A stretch of DNA of 64,000 nt from the IMG/VR virus record IMGVR_UViG_3300030390_002408. One strand, given 5' to 3'. Under the pieces are notes generated by a model. It did not search any database. It saw only the letters and a program-made list of their open reading frames with translations, and was not told the origin of the DNA. Shown piece after piece: positions 17,257 through 27,577 of the stretch. A program made the position numbers and the translations under genes. This DNA is from a virus. Each line of letters starts with the position of its first letter. The first letter of the stretch is position 1.

Positions 17257-18222
17257 TTAATTTTTTGTAATACCTGCGAGTTTTTGAAATCTGCTAACCA
17301 TAGCATCAGATTCAAGGATTGGCTTTTTAATTCTCTTAGGTGTTGGAGTTACTCTTGAAGCTGAACCTATCATGTTTTCAGAAATTCTTTTAGTAGTTTT
17401 TGTTTTTAAACTTTCGTTTATAGTTTCAAATACTAATTTTACTTCTTTAACTGTAGTAGCTTTATCAAAAGTTCCTAATACTTTTACCTTTTGAGATTCT
17501 GAAAGTGTTTTTGCTTTAAAGATTTTGTTTGAATAAAGTAGTTTTGCATTAAGTAAGTTAATTTCTTGTAATTCAGATTTAAGAGATTTAATTGTAGCAT
17601 AAGCTTCATTTAATTCATCTTTCATTTCTTCATCTACTTCCATTTCTTTTTCTTCAGCAATTTCTTCTTCTTCAGCTTCTTCTTCCATATCCATTTCCAT
17701 ATCCATGTCCATGTCTACTTCTTCTTCAGCTTCTTCTTCAGCTTCTTCTCCTGCTTCTAATTCACCAGATTCAACCATATCTTCAATAACATCTTCAATG
17801 AATTTTTTAAGGTCATCTTCAGACATATCTTCGATATCAATTTCATCTTCTTCCTTTTCTTCAGTTTCTTCGGCGTCATCTTCAGCTTCTTCTTCAGCAT
17901 CATCTTCTTCCTCATCCTCAGTTATACCATCTTCTTCATATGATTTGTCTGATTCTTCTAACTCGTTTAAAAGTTCTTCTAAATCCATTTCTTCATCCAT
18001 TTCTTCTGAAATGTTTTCATCAATGATTTCTTCTGTAACTTCTTCTTCTTCAGTTACATCATCTTCCTCATACGCTCCATCCATTTCTTCTAATTTCTTA
18101 GATAATGCGGCATGTAATTGAGGGTTAAATGCTTCTTCTAAAGCGATTTTTGCATTAGCGATTGCTGATTCTTTCACAGCTTTGGCATCGGCTATTGCTT
18201 CTTTTAAAAAGTCTCTGTTCAT
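17257..18222 (-). CDS. Prohead core scaffold protein (gp22-like)
   Basis: Very acidic, lies between protease and capsid genes, C-terminal RFQKLAGI. Confidence 0.8.
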   Translation of the reverse strand: MNRDFLKEAIADAKAVKESAIANAKIALEEAFNPQLHAALSKKLEEMDGAYEEDDVTEEEEVTEEIIDENISEEMDEEMDLEELLNELEESDKSYEEDGITEDEEEDDAEEEAEDDAEETEEKEEDEIDIEDMSEDDLKKFIEDVIEDMVESGELEAGEEAEEEAEEEVDMDMDMEMDMEEEAEEEEIAEEKEMEVDEEMKDELNEAYATIKSLKSELQEINLLNAKLLYSNKIFKAKTLSESQKVKVLGTFDKATTVKEVKLVFETINESLKTKTTKRISENMIGSASRVTPTPKRIKKPILESDAMVSRFQKLAGITKN

Positions 18223-18253
18223 TTCTTCCTAAATTTAATTTGTGTTGGGAAAG

Positions 18254-18319
18254 TACGTTTATTGAAATTCAAACGTAATAGTTTATTAAACAATATGAGA
18301 TGCTATATGTGAATAGCAT
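18254..18319 (-). promoter_or_regulatory. Two-hairpin structured 5' leader of the scaffold-capsid transcript
   Basis: AUGCUAU/AUAGCAU (18300-18319) and UACGUUU/AAACGUA (18254-18277) stems, downstream of a late-like ATATGTAT motif. Confidence 0.45.
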
Positions 18320-18364
18320 ATTTGTGGCCATACATATATGAAATAGAATGGAAAATGCAAAGAT

Positions 18365-18398
18365 AAAAAAAAAAGTATCTCTTTTTTAAGGAGATACT
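18365..18398 (-). terminator. Rho-independent terminator after prohead protease gene
   Basis: AGUAUCUC...GAGAUACU stem followed by a long U-run. Confidence 0.75.
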
Positions 18399-18431
18399 CT
18401 TGGTATTAGGGGTAGGAATATTATTATTTTA

Positions 18432-19034
18432 TTATAAGGGGCAACTTCCTTTTGAGCATAAGATTTCTGTTAGTATGCTATTTACTTTTTCAAAAGGATT
18501 GATTTCAATTTCTTTTCCTTCTTTTATTGTTTTCATATATGAGCCTGGATTTGATGGAGTTGATACAAAATCCCAGCATAGTAATTCGAAATCATCTTGT
18601 ACTTCCATGAGTTCTCCTCGCTGTTCCAATGAACCCATACCTCGAGAAGATACACCGCAAGTAATACCGCTTTCTATTAAAGCTTTTAAAATATTTCCTG
18701 ATGGGGTAGGTAGTATTTCTATTTTACCCATTACATTATCTCCATCCCACCATACATCTTTTATATTATGAGAAACATTTTTTAAGTTTACTATTTGGGA
18801 TTCAGGATGATCTAACTCACCCATTGCTCTATTTTCTTTAATAAGCTCACTATACTTATCCATTTCTCTTTCCCATAATTCCCTAGAGTAGTATCTACCA
18901 TTTCCGTTTTTCACTTCAGCTGTAGCTAGAACACCTTCAACCATAGGATTACCCGACTCTGATAGTTTACCTTCAGATAAAAGGGTACCCACTGGTTTAA
19001 AGGATTGGGTTTCTATTAATACTTGTTTACTCAT
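18432..19034 (-). CDS. gp21: Prohead protease (T4 gp21-like)
   Basis: NGNGRYY, GELDHP, VSH, TPSG, GVSSRGMGS and DFVSTPS motifs. Confidence 0.95.
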   Translation of the reverse strand: MSKQVLIETQSFKPVGTLLSEGKLSESGNPMVEGVLATAEVKNGNGRYYSRELWEREMDKYSELIKENRAMGELDHPESQIVNLKNVSHNIKDVWWDGDNVMGKIEILPTPSGNILKALIESGITCGVSSRGMGSLEQRGELMEVQDDFELLCWDFVSTPSNPGSYMKTIKEGKEIEINPFEKVNSILTEILCSKGSCPL

Positions 19035-19040
19035 GGTATT

Positions 19041-20603
19041 TTATTTTTTATTTTTTATATAATCCATAATAGTAATGTCATTATCTCTCCCATAAGCTAC
19101 TCTATCTTTATGGGTTAAACTATCAATATCTTTTTGAGTCATACCTTCACCATCACCATCATCCATTAACTTTTGGGCCATTATTTTAAGTTGTTCTACT
19201 TTTTCATCGTTTGATATATCTTCACTTAAATCCTCATTTTCACCCATAATTTCTTGCTGTTGGTATGCTTTACCACAAGACTTTTCATACAATTTTTCAA
19301 ACCCTGCTTTTCTTTTTTCTAAAAGTTTGATTTCTTTTTGTATATTTTTGACTTTCGTCTTATCCATTAATTCTGATAAGTCTTCATCTTCAGATATTGT
19401 ATTTAATCTTAGTGTTTTAGATTCAATTATTTCAGCTAATGCTTCAATTTTTGCCTCTAATGCTACCACACCTGATGCTCTATCAATTTCAGCTAATTTA
19501 GTATCAATTGTTTCTTTTTTAGGTTTTTTCTTTTTAGGTTTTACCTTTTTAGAATCATGAGATTCAAGATTTTCTTTTACTAATTCAGGTTCTACATCAG
19601 TTGGTTTAACAATATACCCCATACCATAATATGATTTTTCACCTGGTGTAAGTGTTTGTCTAAGTCTTTTTGATTTTTGTTTTGCTTCTTCTTTATCAAC
19701 AAAACTATATAAAGGCTTATCATTACCCTGTCCAATACTACCACCTTTTCTGAAAACCCCAAAATATTTTTTATCTTCAGTAATATTTTTAGATTCTTTT
19801 AATGTTTTTTGATCATCCATCATAGTAGCTTGAACAAATGCTCTAACATTTTTTTCATCTTTAAATGGATCTTCCCATTCAAATTGATCTTCTTTTGACC
19901 ATCTAATAGCTAAATCCATTAAATCATCTTGGTTTGAATCATTGAATTCTTTCTTAGTAGTTTTTTTAACCCAATTTATAAATTGGTTTCTTGATGAACT
20001 GTTAGAAGACTCAAAATATTCTTTATTTTCTTTCAACTTAACTTTCTCCATTTGATCTGATTTGGATGCTTTTAATCCAGGATGTTCATCAGTATAACCA
20101 ACACCTCTTTCTCCAAATTGACCATCTTTAACATAATGAAGTTGATCTTTAGCTAAATTTTTAGCTACAATTTCTTTAACTTCATTAACTGTTTTTTCAG
20201 CATTTTTAGGATCTTTCATTTCAGTGTAGTATCCTTTTAAGAAAGCTTCACCATAAACGTTATTAACATCTTTTTTATCCTTATAATCGAAATTCTTTTC
20301 TTCTAAATCTGTTACTTCTTTAGTTGTTTTCTTTTCTTCAACTTTAGCTTCTTCATTAATAACATCAATATTTTCATTAAATATTTTAAACCAATCAGGT
20401 TGTTCAGTTTTACCTGTAGCTACGCCCCATATGTTTTCAGAAATAATAGACTTTTGTCTTAAGATTTTTTCAGCTTGGTTGAAAGTAGCTATATTATGGA
20501 TGTGATTAGGAAAAGCTTTTTTAGCTTCCTTTAAGAAAATTTCTTTACTTCCTTTACCTTTTTTAATTTGGTTGTATTGTTCTTGTAATGTTTTTCTTTT
20601 CAT
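19041..20603 (-). CDS. Putative internal head/core protein (modular, Lys/Glu-rich)
   Basis: Between portal and protease; VAKNLAKDQLHY motif; many [LIV]-x-E sites (LQE, ISE, INE, LKE, ITE, VKE, LSE). Confidence 0.55.
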   Translation of the reverse strand: MKRKTLQEQYNQIKKGKGSKEIFLKEAKKAFPNHIHNIATFNQAEKILRQKSIISENIWGVATGKTEQPDWFKIFNENIDVINEEAKVEEKKTTKEVTDLEEKNFDYKDKKDVNNVYGEAFLKGYYTEMKDPKNAEKTVNEVKEIVAKNLAKDQLHYVKDGQFGERGVGYTDEHPGLKASKSDQMEKVKLKENKEYFESSNSSSRNQFINWVKKTTKKEFNDSNQDDLMDLAIRWSKEDQFEWEDPFKDEKNVRAFVQATMMDDQKTLKESKNITEDKKYFGVFRKGGSIGQGNDKPLYSFVDKEEAKQKSKRLRQTLTPGEKSYYGMGYIVKPTDVEPELVKENLESHDSKKVKPKKKKPKKETIDTKLAEIDRASGVVALEAKIEALAEIIESKTLRLNTISEDEDLSELMDKTKVKNIQKEIKLLEKRKAGFEKLYEKSCGKAYQQQEIMGENEDLSEDISNDEKVEQLKIMAQKLMDDGDGEGMTQKDIDSLTHKDRVAYGRDNDITIMDYIKNKK

Positions 20604-20604
20604 T

Positions 20605-21468
20605 TTATTCTCCTTTTAATAGATCTTTTATGTCTTTAATATAATCTAAAATTAAATCTGTTGGTTTTACTACTGAATATGAGCCTGGATTGAGAGTATA
20701 GTATTCAGATGTTTCATTTTTAGCATTACTCAACATTTTATAAATATTGTTGATTTCTGTTTCAATTACATCAAATGCCTTAATTCTTTTATCTTGGTAC
20801 TCTTTAGACGTTTCTGCTTCAAATAATTGCTTTACTTCTAAACCTGATTTTTTAATTTTTTTAGGTACTAGAGTATATTTAAATTGTTTTACATAAACAT
20901 TATCTCTAACTCCATCACTACTTGCTTTAGGACCAGGACCTAATGTAGCACCTACTCCTTCTTTAACTTTTTTCTTTTTCTTTAATTTAAAAGCATAAGG
21001 GGTAGCGTATTGCATTCCTGTACCTGGAGTGAATGAAGATGCTCCTACACCCCCACCAGTTGAAGATATTTCTTCTAATTGGTTTTTAATTTGGTTGTAT
21101 TGATCTGGGTAATTTTTTCTAATATGTGTTCTGTATTTATTAAATACATCTTTTAATTTACTTGAAAGATCTCCAATATTAGTATCATCTTCACCTTCTT
21201 TAGTTTTAGAAAGAGTTGATAATGACTTAGCAGCTTTAGATAATAATTTTAAAGATTTAGAAAATGAAGCTAAAGGAACTATTTCATGAGAAATAGATTT
21301 AGTATTTTTATCAACTTTTTCTGTCTTAAAATAGGTAGTAAGATCATCATTAAAGAAATCATTTTCCATATCAATCTCACCATATTGACTGCTTAATCTT
21401 TTAATTAAGCCTGGGTCGACGTCTTTAGGTTTTAATATTTCTTTTAATTTGTATTTAAACTCTCTCAT
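20605..21468 (-). CDS. Putative internal head protein
   Basis: 287 aa; modules start after LKE/LEE/VKE/LFE (EISSTGGG...YATPYAF, EGVGATLGPGP). Confidence 0.5.
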   Translation of the reverse strand: MREFKYKLKEILKPKDVDPGLIKRLSSQYGEIDMENDFFNDDLTTYFKTEKVDKNTKSISHEIVPLASFSKSLKLLSKAAKSLSTLSKTKEGEDDTNIGDLSSKLKDVFNKYRTHIRKNYPDQYNQIKNQLEEISSTGGGVGASSFTPGTGMQYATPYAFKLKKKKKVKEGVGATLGPGPKASSDGVRDNVYVKQFKYTLVPKKIKKSGLEVKQLFEAETSKEYQDKRIKAFDVIETEINNIYKMLSNAKNETSEYYTLNPGSYSVVKPTDLILDYIKDIKDLLKGE

Positions 21469-22321
21469 TTGCTTTTGATAATTCTTCTAAAAGAGTGTGA
21501 TATTGTAGTAAGTCAACTAGATTGTCAGTTTTCATTTTATCAGTTTTACCTAACTCATGGATTAATTTAGATACTTCTTCTAATTTGATTTTAATTACTT
21601 TATCATTAGTTTTAACTATTTGACTTTTTAATTCTTCTTTAAGTTTAATAACTTCAGAATTATAAAAATTTCTTAATTTAGAAGAGCTATCAATAGACTC
21701 AATAAATTCTTTTAATATATTCTTTTGATTTGGGTTTAAGTCAGAGTATTTGTTGTTGAATTTTTCTAATAAAATTTGATATGTTAAGATGCGAAGATCT
21801 TTACCATAAGTTTTAAATTCAGTAATTACATCATCTCCTTTTTCCTTTTTAATAACTCCGGATTGGGTTATATGTTCTAAAAGGGTGGTTTTATTTTCAA
21901 TGTTTTGTTTTGCTGATGTAGGTTTGGATGAATTTGTTATCTCAATTAGAGTATATAATGAAGCTTGGGCTTTATAATCTGTGATTTTTGTTTTAAATAA
22001 ATCTTCTATGTTATAATTCTCTTTTAGGTTTTTAATTAAATTATATTTTTCATTTTTTAATCTAGTCCTATTGAGTTTTTTAGATGACTCAAGTACTGCA
22101 GTTATTACATTATTAGCTTTAACTTCACTTAGATTTTTAGCTTTAAATAAAGTTTCGTATAATTTATACTCTTTCCCCAATTCAGTGTTAACAAAATAAG
22201 TTTTTAAAGTCTTTAATGCTGGAGATTCATTGTTAGCTAAAGTATCAGCTGTGATTCTCTTTACTAGAATTTCAAATAATATTCCAGTATTCTTAAATTT
22301 TGAGTGCTTAATATACATCAA
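21455..22321 (-). CDS. Hypothetical head-morphogenesis-region protein
   Basis: KHSKFKNTGILFEIL N-terminus; follows the portal gene; late motif at 22331-22340. Confidence 0.6.
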   Translation of the reverse strand: MMYIKHSKFKNTGILFEILVKRITADTLANNESPALKTLKTYFVNTELGKEYKLYETLFKAKNLSEVKANNVITAVLESSKKLNRTRLKNEKYNLIKNLKENYNIEDLFKTKITDYKAQASLYTLIEITNSSKPTSAKQNIENKTTLLEHITQSGVIKKEKGDDVITEFKTYGKDLRILTYQILLEKFNNKYSDLNPNQKNILKEFIESIDSSSKLRNFYNSEVIKLKEELKSQIVKTNDKVIKIKLEEVSKLIHELGKTDKMKTDNLVDLLQYHTLLEELSKANERV

Positions 22322-22350
22322 TGTATTTTTTTATAAATATGGTAAAATTT

Positions 22351-24216
22351 CTACTCCTTAATGTTAGACTCATCTAATAATGAATCTCCATTTTGTTTTT
22401 GTTCGAAAACTAACTGTTTTTTATCAGTAGGTATACTTTTTAACATGTCTTGATATTTTAAATACCCATTATTTTCTAGTGTTGGTTTTGAAGTAGATGG
22501 GGAATTATAATCATTTTTCATCCCATCTCTACCTAATCTATCTTTACCAAAATTATCATCTTGGGTTCTTTTAGATGTTTTTTCTTTTGGTCTTCCTAAA
22601 TCTTTATCTTCATCATATCCTGTGGGTACATCTGATGGGTTTGTATCCATTCTTCCTTTACCATATAATGAAGCTAAATCATGAGGTGTACCATATGATT
22701 TTCCTGTTTCTTGTGGATCATTTCCTTCATCTTCAATTTGAGATAATCTAAACTTACGTTTAACATCTTCTTTAATTAAATCTCTATACTCATCATACTG
22801 ATCTTCGCTTAAGTGGAAAATGTTATCATAAATCCAATCTGTAGGGAATAATTGAGTCTCCATCATTTGAGCAGCTAGATCCATTTTTTCTTTCATTAAT
22901 CCTATTCTCTCTTGATCATATATAATTGATGGGGTGGTTAATGAAAGTGAAAAGTTTGCTAATTGTTCATCTCTATAACCTTGTGAGTATAAATGTACTA
23001 ATGCAATTTTTTGTAATTCAGAAACCATTATTCTTTGAATTCGTTCTATAGTACGAGCAAATCTAATATCTTGAGCTGCTAAAGTAGCTTTACCATCAGT
23101 ATTTTCATCATACCCCATAAAAGCTTTAGGTACTTTTAGAGCTGCAAATAATTTATCTCTTAAATACTCAACATCTGTTATACCATCCCATTGTAAACCA
23201 TTTAAATTTTCTATCTTAGTAGAAGTATCATTTCCTCTAACCGGAATGAAAAAGTCTTCTAAGGAGTTTTGCATATTATACTTTAAATTATACTCTCCTG
23301 TGCTTTGATCTATATAAGGGGTACGTTTTAATTTAGAAACTGTTTTTTCCATAAACGCATCTACTTCATTAGGTGGAATAGAACCTACATTCATGTAATA
23401 AATTCTCTTTTCTGGAGCTCTTACTATTCTATGAATTAACATAGCATCCTCCATTAAAGTATATTGCTTAAATAATTTACGAGCAGGCTCAATATAAGAT
23501 CTACCATAAGGTAAGAAGTTAACATCCGTTAATAATCTAAAATGAGAAACTTCATAATTATCAAATACTATACTTCTATTACTAGATTGGCTAGGAGTAT
23601 TATAATACCCATCCCCTGCTGTAATACCTTCAGGATCAAATCTAAATTGAACATCTTGAGGATTGTCTTTATCAACACCCTCTAATCTTTCCATATGAAA
23701 TGCTGTATAAGGAATAACATTATATACTCCAAACTTTTCAGCAACTTCTAATTTTAAAAAGAAATCACCATACTTACACATATTTCTAACCCAGGGCCAT
23801 AGATTAAATTCAATATTTAAAACATCATAAAATAAATTATAAAGTACTTTCTGGATGTCTTCATCAGAAGATTTAATTTGAAGGACTTCCCCCATATCAT
23901 TTTTTAATGTACTTTCATCAGCTACAATATCTAAAGCAGAAGCAATAATAGCATCTGTATCCATTGCATCATAATCACTATAAAGTGAGGGTCTTAAGTA
24001 TTGGTAATTTTGGCTATTTTGTTGACCTAATAATGAAGTTGAAGAGTTAGTGTAAATTCTATTAAATCTATCTACTAATGAATTTGTTTCAAACTCTCCA
24101 GATTGTTGGATTTTATTAATATCAAATACTTTGAGTTGATTGTCTCCAGTATTCCTAATAATAACATCAGTTGAAAATAATCTTTTTAATCTTGGGAATA
24201 ATCCTTTGTCTGCCAT
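22351..24216 (-). CDS. gp20: Portal protein (T4 gp20-like)
   Basis: ALDIVADE, EDAMLIHRIVRAPEKRIY, EDFFIPVRG, LFAALKVP and DIRFARTI motifs. Confidence 0.95.
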   Translation of the reverse strand: MADKGLFPRLKRLFSTDVIIRNTGDNQLKVFDINKIQQSGEFETNSLVDRFNRIYTNSSTSLLGQQNSQNYQYLRPSLYSDYDAMDTDAIIASALDIVADESTLKNDMGEVLQIKSSDEDIQKVLYNLFYDVLNIEFNLWPWVRNMCKYGDFFLKLEVAEKFGVYNVIPYTAFHMERLEGVDKDNPQDVQFRFDPEGITAGDGYYNTPSQSSNRSIVFDNYEVSHFRLLTDVNFLPYGRSYIEPARKLFKQYTLMEDAMLIHRIVRAPEKRIYYMNVGSIPPNEVDAFMEKTVSKLKRTPYIDQSTGEYNLKYNMQNSLEDFFIPVRGNDTSTKIENLNGLQWDGITDVEYLRDKLFAALKVPKAFMGYDENTDGKATLAAQDIRFARTIERIQRIMVSELQKIALVHLYSQGYRDEQLANFSLSLTTPSIIYDQERIGLMKEKMDLAAQMMETQLFPTDWIYDNIFHLSEDQYDEYRDLIKEDVKRKFRLSQIEDEGNDPQETGKSYGTPHDLASLYGKGRMDTNPSDVPTGYDEDKDLGRPKEKTSKRTQDDNFGKDRLGRDGMKNDYNSPSTSKPTLENNGYLKYQDMLKSIPTDKKQLVFEQKQNGDSLLDESNIKE

Positions 24217-24228
24217 TTTAGTTATTTA

Positions 24229-24238
24229 TTATAAATAT
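24229..24238 (-). promoter_or_regulatory. Putative late promoter ATATTTATAA (portal)
   Basis: Motif 12 nt upstream of ATG. Confidence 0.6.
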
Positions 24239-25806
24239 TATAAAAGCCATTTTATGCTTTCATCTTTACCCCCAATTTCCATATTATAGGGATTTGCTGT
24301 ATTATTTCCAGAGTAACCTCCACTATATTGTGTAGTATTATTTTTAACTGCTCCTAAAACTGCTCTTGCCCTATCTAAACTTTGTTGTTGGAACTTCAAC
24401 GAAGTATCTCGCATGAACATACCAATGGAAAATGACATAACCAAATCATCATTGTAACCACTTTGAGCTTCAGGTCTTCCATTTCTCCAAATAAACACCT
24501 TCATTTCTTCTAATAATCTTTTTGAACGTATAGTTACACTCCTATCACCTACAAATTCTCTAAATTTACTAATACAAAGTGGTCTAGTTTTCATTGACAT
24601 TGTAAATCCTGGGGTCATTTCTGAATTACCTTCATATGCTCTTAAGTAAGATTCAGCTGTGAGTTGATCAGATTTAGGGGAATGATATAAATTTTTATAT
24701 CCCCTTTCAATAATAGCATCTAACGTTGCCCATCCTATATTAGCATTTTCTACTACTAACATTGCATTATTATATTCTGTGGCTAGACCTGTTAGAAAAT
24801 ATCCAAATTCTTTTGGGGAAATTTGTCCCCTATATTCTGCTACTTGTGTATTAGTTTCAATATCCACAACATGACACGCAGAAAAATCTCTCCCATCACC
24901 CCTAGCTACATCAGCTAATAACATATATTCTCTTGAATAGTCTGCAGGCTCCCAAACCCATAAGTTTTGATCAACTCCTCTTCTTTCTACAGGGTCTTGG
25001 ATAGTAGTTTGTTTAATAAACTCAATCCACTCACTATAAAAAACTGTATCACCTGATGTGCTAAAATCACAATCACATTCCTGGGCTGCTATTCTAGGAT
25101 CTCCTAGTAATTCATCTTGCCTATCCCTCCATGCTTGATCACGTTCAGGGTGAACAAACCAAGGTAATCTAATAGGAAGGAAATCATTATCTTGATTTTC
25201 TGCTGATACAAATGTTTTATGAAACCAATTTCCAGTACCATAAGGGGTACTTAATACAATTGCACCACCCCCTGTAGCTAGAGTTTGTTGAGCTGAAGCC
25301 CAAATTTCTCCAATTTGATCAATAAAAGCAGCTTCATCTACTAGTAGTAATGATACGGCTTCTGATCTACCAGCATCTGAACTTGCAGATGTAGCTTTAA
25401 TTTGGGATCCATTATTTAATCTTAAAGATAATTTATTATTTTCTTCAGCTTTTATTTTTAACCATGAAGGTAAATTTTCATACATGAATTTTACCTTTGT
25501 AACCATGTTACGTGCTGTCTCTTGTTTAGTTGCTATACAAAGTATATTTTTGTCTTTATGAAATAACATTAACCATAAAGAGTAACCACCACATAAAGTT
25601 GATATACCTAATTGTCTTGATTTATTAATTATAGAGTAATCGTTTTCTTTAAATAAATTTAATACTTTATCTTGAAATGGGTATAAGTTGAAGATAACTC
25701 TCCCTCTTTGAGGGTGTTGAATAAAACAGTATTTTTTCATAAAATGTGAAGGATCTTGAGCACATTTTATATATTCTTGTTTTATTATTTGTTTTAAATC
25801 ACTCAT
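24238..25806 (-). CDS. gp17: Terminase large subunit (T4 gp17-like)
   Basis: LYPFQ, KSRQLGIST (Walker A), LLVDEAAF (Walker B), STPYG, ADVARG and DDLVMS motifs. Start placed at MSDLKQ (25806), which abuts the upstream stop. Confidence 0.95.
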   Translation of the reverse strand: MSDLKQIIKQEYIKCAQDPSHFMKKYCFIQHPQRGRVIFNLYPFQDKVLNLFKENDYSIINKSRQLGISTLCGGYSLWLMLFHKDKNILCIATKQETARNMVTKVKFMYENLPSWLKIKAEENNKLSLRLNNGSQIKATSASSDAGRSEAVSLLLVDEAAFIDQIGEIWASAQQTLATGGGAIVLSTPYGTGNWFHKTFVSAENQDNDFLPIRLPWFVHPERDQAWRDRQDELLGDPRIAAQECDCDFSTSGDTVFYSEWIEFIKQTTIQDPVERRGVDQNLWVWEPADYSREYMLLADVARGDGRDFSACHVVDIETNTQVAEYRGQISPKEFGYFLTGLATEYNNAMLVVENANIGWATLDAIIERGYKNLYHSPKSDQLTAESYLRAYEGNSEMTPGFTMSMKTRPLCISKFREFVGDRSVTIRSKRLLEEMKVFIWRNGRPEAQSGYNDDLVMSFSIGMFMRDTSLKFQQQSLDRARAVLGAVKNNTTQYSGGYSGNNTANPYNMEIGGKDESIKWLL

Positions 25807-26183
25807 TAAGGTAGAGTATAATTCATTAGGTGGATTGTTAATATAGTAGATACAGTACCTGCTATGTAACCTACCCAAGGTCTTCTATACCAAACATTTA
25901 AGTCACTCATCCTGATATTATATAGTAGGATTTGTTCATTTAATAGTCTAATTTCTTCTATTTTGTAATTTATAATAAGACTATCTTTTTTACTTAAAGA
26001 TTGATAATTATCTATTTGAAATTCTAAATCATTAATTAATGAAGTTTTTAAAGAGTCTTGTTGTTTAAGAGTATCTAAAGCTTCAAAAAAATTATTTAAT
26101 TCATCTTGGGGAATTTGAAGTGTATCTTGACTATAAGATACACCCCCCAATAATAATAATACTATTAATATAAAACTTTTCAT
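25806..26183 (-). CDS. Secreted coiled-coil protein with C-terminal hydrophobic segment (possible spanin-like lysis component)
   Basis: Signal peptide ending SYS/Q (Bacteroidota Q-rule type), coiled coil, WYRRPWVGYIAGTVSTILTI tail. Confidence 0.45.
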   Translation of the reverse strand: MKSFILIVLLLLGGVSYSQDTLQIPQDELNNFFEALDTLKQQDSLKTSLINDLEFQIDNYQSLSKKDSLIINYKIEEIRLLNEQILLYNIRMSDLNVWYRRPWVGYIAGTVSTILTIHLMNYTLP

Positions 26184-26485
26184 TTATTCTTTCGGTATTT
26201 TTTTTCAAAGTCATTAATAGTATCTTTAGCAGATTTAATATCTTTGATTTTAGATTTTGTTTCTTTGATTTTGGTAGAAGTTTTTTGGATATTATCTTTT
26301 ACTTCTTTTTTTTCTTCTTCAATTTTAGAAGTTTTTTCTTGGATTACTTTTACTTCTTCAATTTTACCCTCAATCTTATCTTCAAAATATACTTTGGTTT
26401 TTGATTTTTTCTTTCTAAAAATAAATAAAAGAATAGCTCCTATAAAACCCCCAACCCATAATATAGTTCTCCAAATCTTTTTCAT
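26180..26485 (-). CDS. N-terminally anchored membrane coiled-coil protein (possible i-spanin-like)
   Basis: TM ILWVGGFIGAILLFIF then Lys-rich coiled coil; ATGA overlap with the next gene. Confidence 0.45.
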   Translation of the reverse strand: MKKIWRTILWVGGFIGAILLFIFRKKKSKTKVYFEDKIEGKIEEVKVIQEKTSKIEEEKKEVKDNIQKTSTKIKETKSKIKDIKSAKDTINDFEKKYRKNK

Positions 26486-27021
26486 TATAGTAATTTTTCT
26501 AATTCTGTCTTAATTTTACCTAATTCTTTTAATCTTTTTAGATGTTTTTCTTTTTCATCACCTTTAGCTTTTTTAAACTTATTTAAAACTGATTTTATTT
26601 CTTTTGCGTTTTGAGATAATTCTTCTTGATTTTTAACTAAAGGATCTTTATTACTTTTTTTAGCTCCCTTAGATGCTGCTTTATCTGCTTCATCATCATC
26701 TATATCTTCATTTAAATCATAAGATCCTAAATTATCTAGGAATCCTTGTTTTAACCCTTCAAAATAAGCTTTAAAATCTGGGTTGTTTTGGAATTTATCT
26801 CTTATTTCAGCAAATATAATTTCTCCAGCTTCATACCCCATTTCTTCAATATCAGCTAAACTTATATTTTCATATTCATTAACTAACTCTTTTGTTTTTT
26901 CTAGCTCATCATTAAATTCTCCTTGAGCATTAGTTTTATTATTAATTTCTTCAGCTGATTCTTCTGATAATACTGAAATTATTTCTTCTTTAATGTATTC
27001 TTTTAAGTCTGATTGCTTCAT
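26485..27021 (-). CDS. Putative internal head protein
   Basis: MKQSDLKEYIKEEIISVLSEE leader; VNE/LNE-bounded modules; late-like motif at 27038-27047. Confidence 0.55.
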   Translation of the reverse strand: MKQSDLKEYIKEEIISVLSEESAEEINNKTNAQGEFNDELEKTKELVNEYENISLADIEEMGYEAGEIIFAEIRDKFQNNPDFKAYFEGLKQGFLDNLGSYDLNEDIDDDEADKAASKGAKKSNKDPLVKNQEELSQNAKEIKSVLNKFKKAKGDEKEKHLKRLKELGKIKTELEKLL

Positions 27022-27037
27022 TATAAGTTAGTTTTTG

Positions 27038-27574
27038 TTATACATATTGTGGGAATATTGTTTCTTTAATTGAAGTAATACGCTCCTCCATTGTACCTTC
27101 AATAGTATATAAATTTAAATTATTATTATATTCATTTATTAAATCTAAAATAGTTTCATCTATTAAATTTCTATAATCTAAATCAGTTTCTCTAACTCCA
27201 TTATCTTCAATTTCTACACCTTTAGGTGAAACATAAAATATATAATCGTACTCATCTAATAACCATTGAGCTAACTTGCAAAAATCAAGCTTAACCCAAT
27301 AAGGAATTGACTTTGAACATTTAGTAAAAGCCATAACATCAATAACAGTTCTATCTGTTATAATATTTTCTTGCATTAACTCACTAGTTCTTTCAGCCAA
27401 AAATACGGTTTGACCTTTAATAGTAGAGTCAATATTTAAAGGTATTCCCATTTCTTTAAGGTATTTAGAGCGTTCTGTTCTAAAAGTATAATCCTTAAAT
27501 TCGGGTAATTTCTTTAACTCATTAACGAGTGTGGTTTTACCCACACTCATTGTTCCACAGAATCCTATTTTCAT
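27038..27574 (-). CDS. P-loop kinase/ATPase (AAA_28 / NadR-kinase-like)
   Basis: GTMSVGKTT, ITDRTVID, YDYIFY and EDNGVR motifs. Confidence 0.8.
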   Translation of the reverse strand: MKIGFCGTMSVGKTTLVNELKKLPEFKDYTFRTERSKYLKEMGIPLNIDSTIKGQTVFLAERTSELMQENIITDRTVIDVMAFTKCSKSIPYWVKLDFCKLAQWLLDEYDYIFYVSPKGVEIEDNGVRETDLDYRNLIDETILDLINEYNNNLNLYTIEGTMEERITSIKETIFPQYV

Positions 27575-27577
27575 AAT

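Noticed and set aside
25807-25878. Longer terminase start (546 aa) given in the ORF track
   Set aside because: Overlaps the upstream gene by 73 nt; MSDLKQ at 25806 abuts the upstream stop
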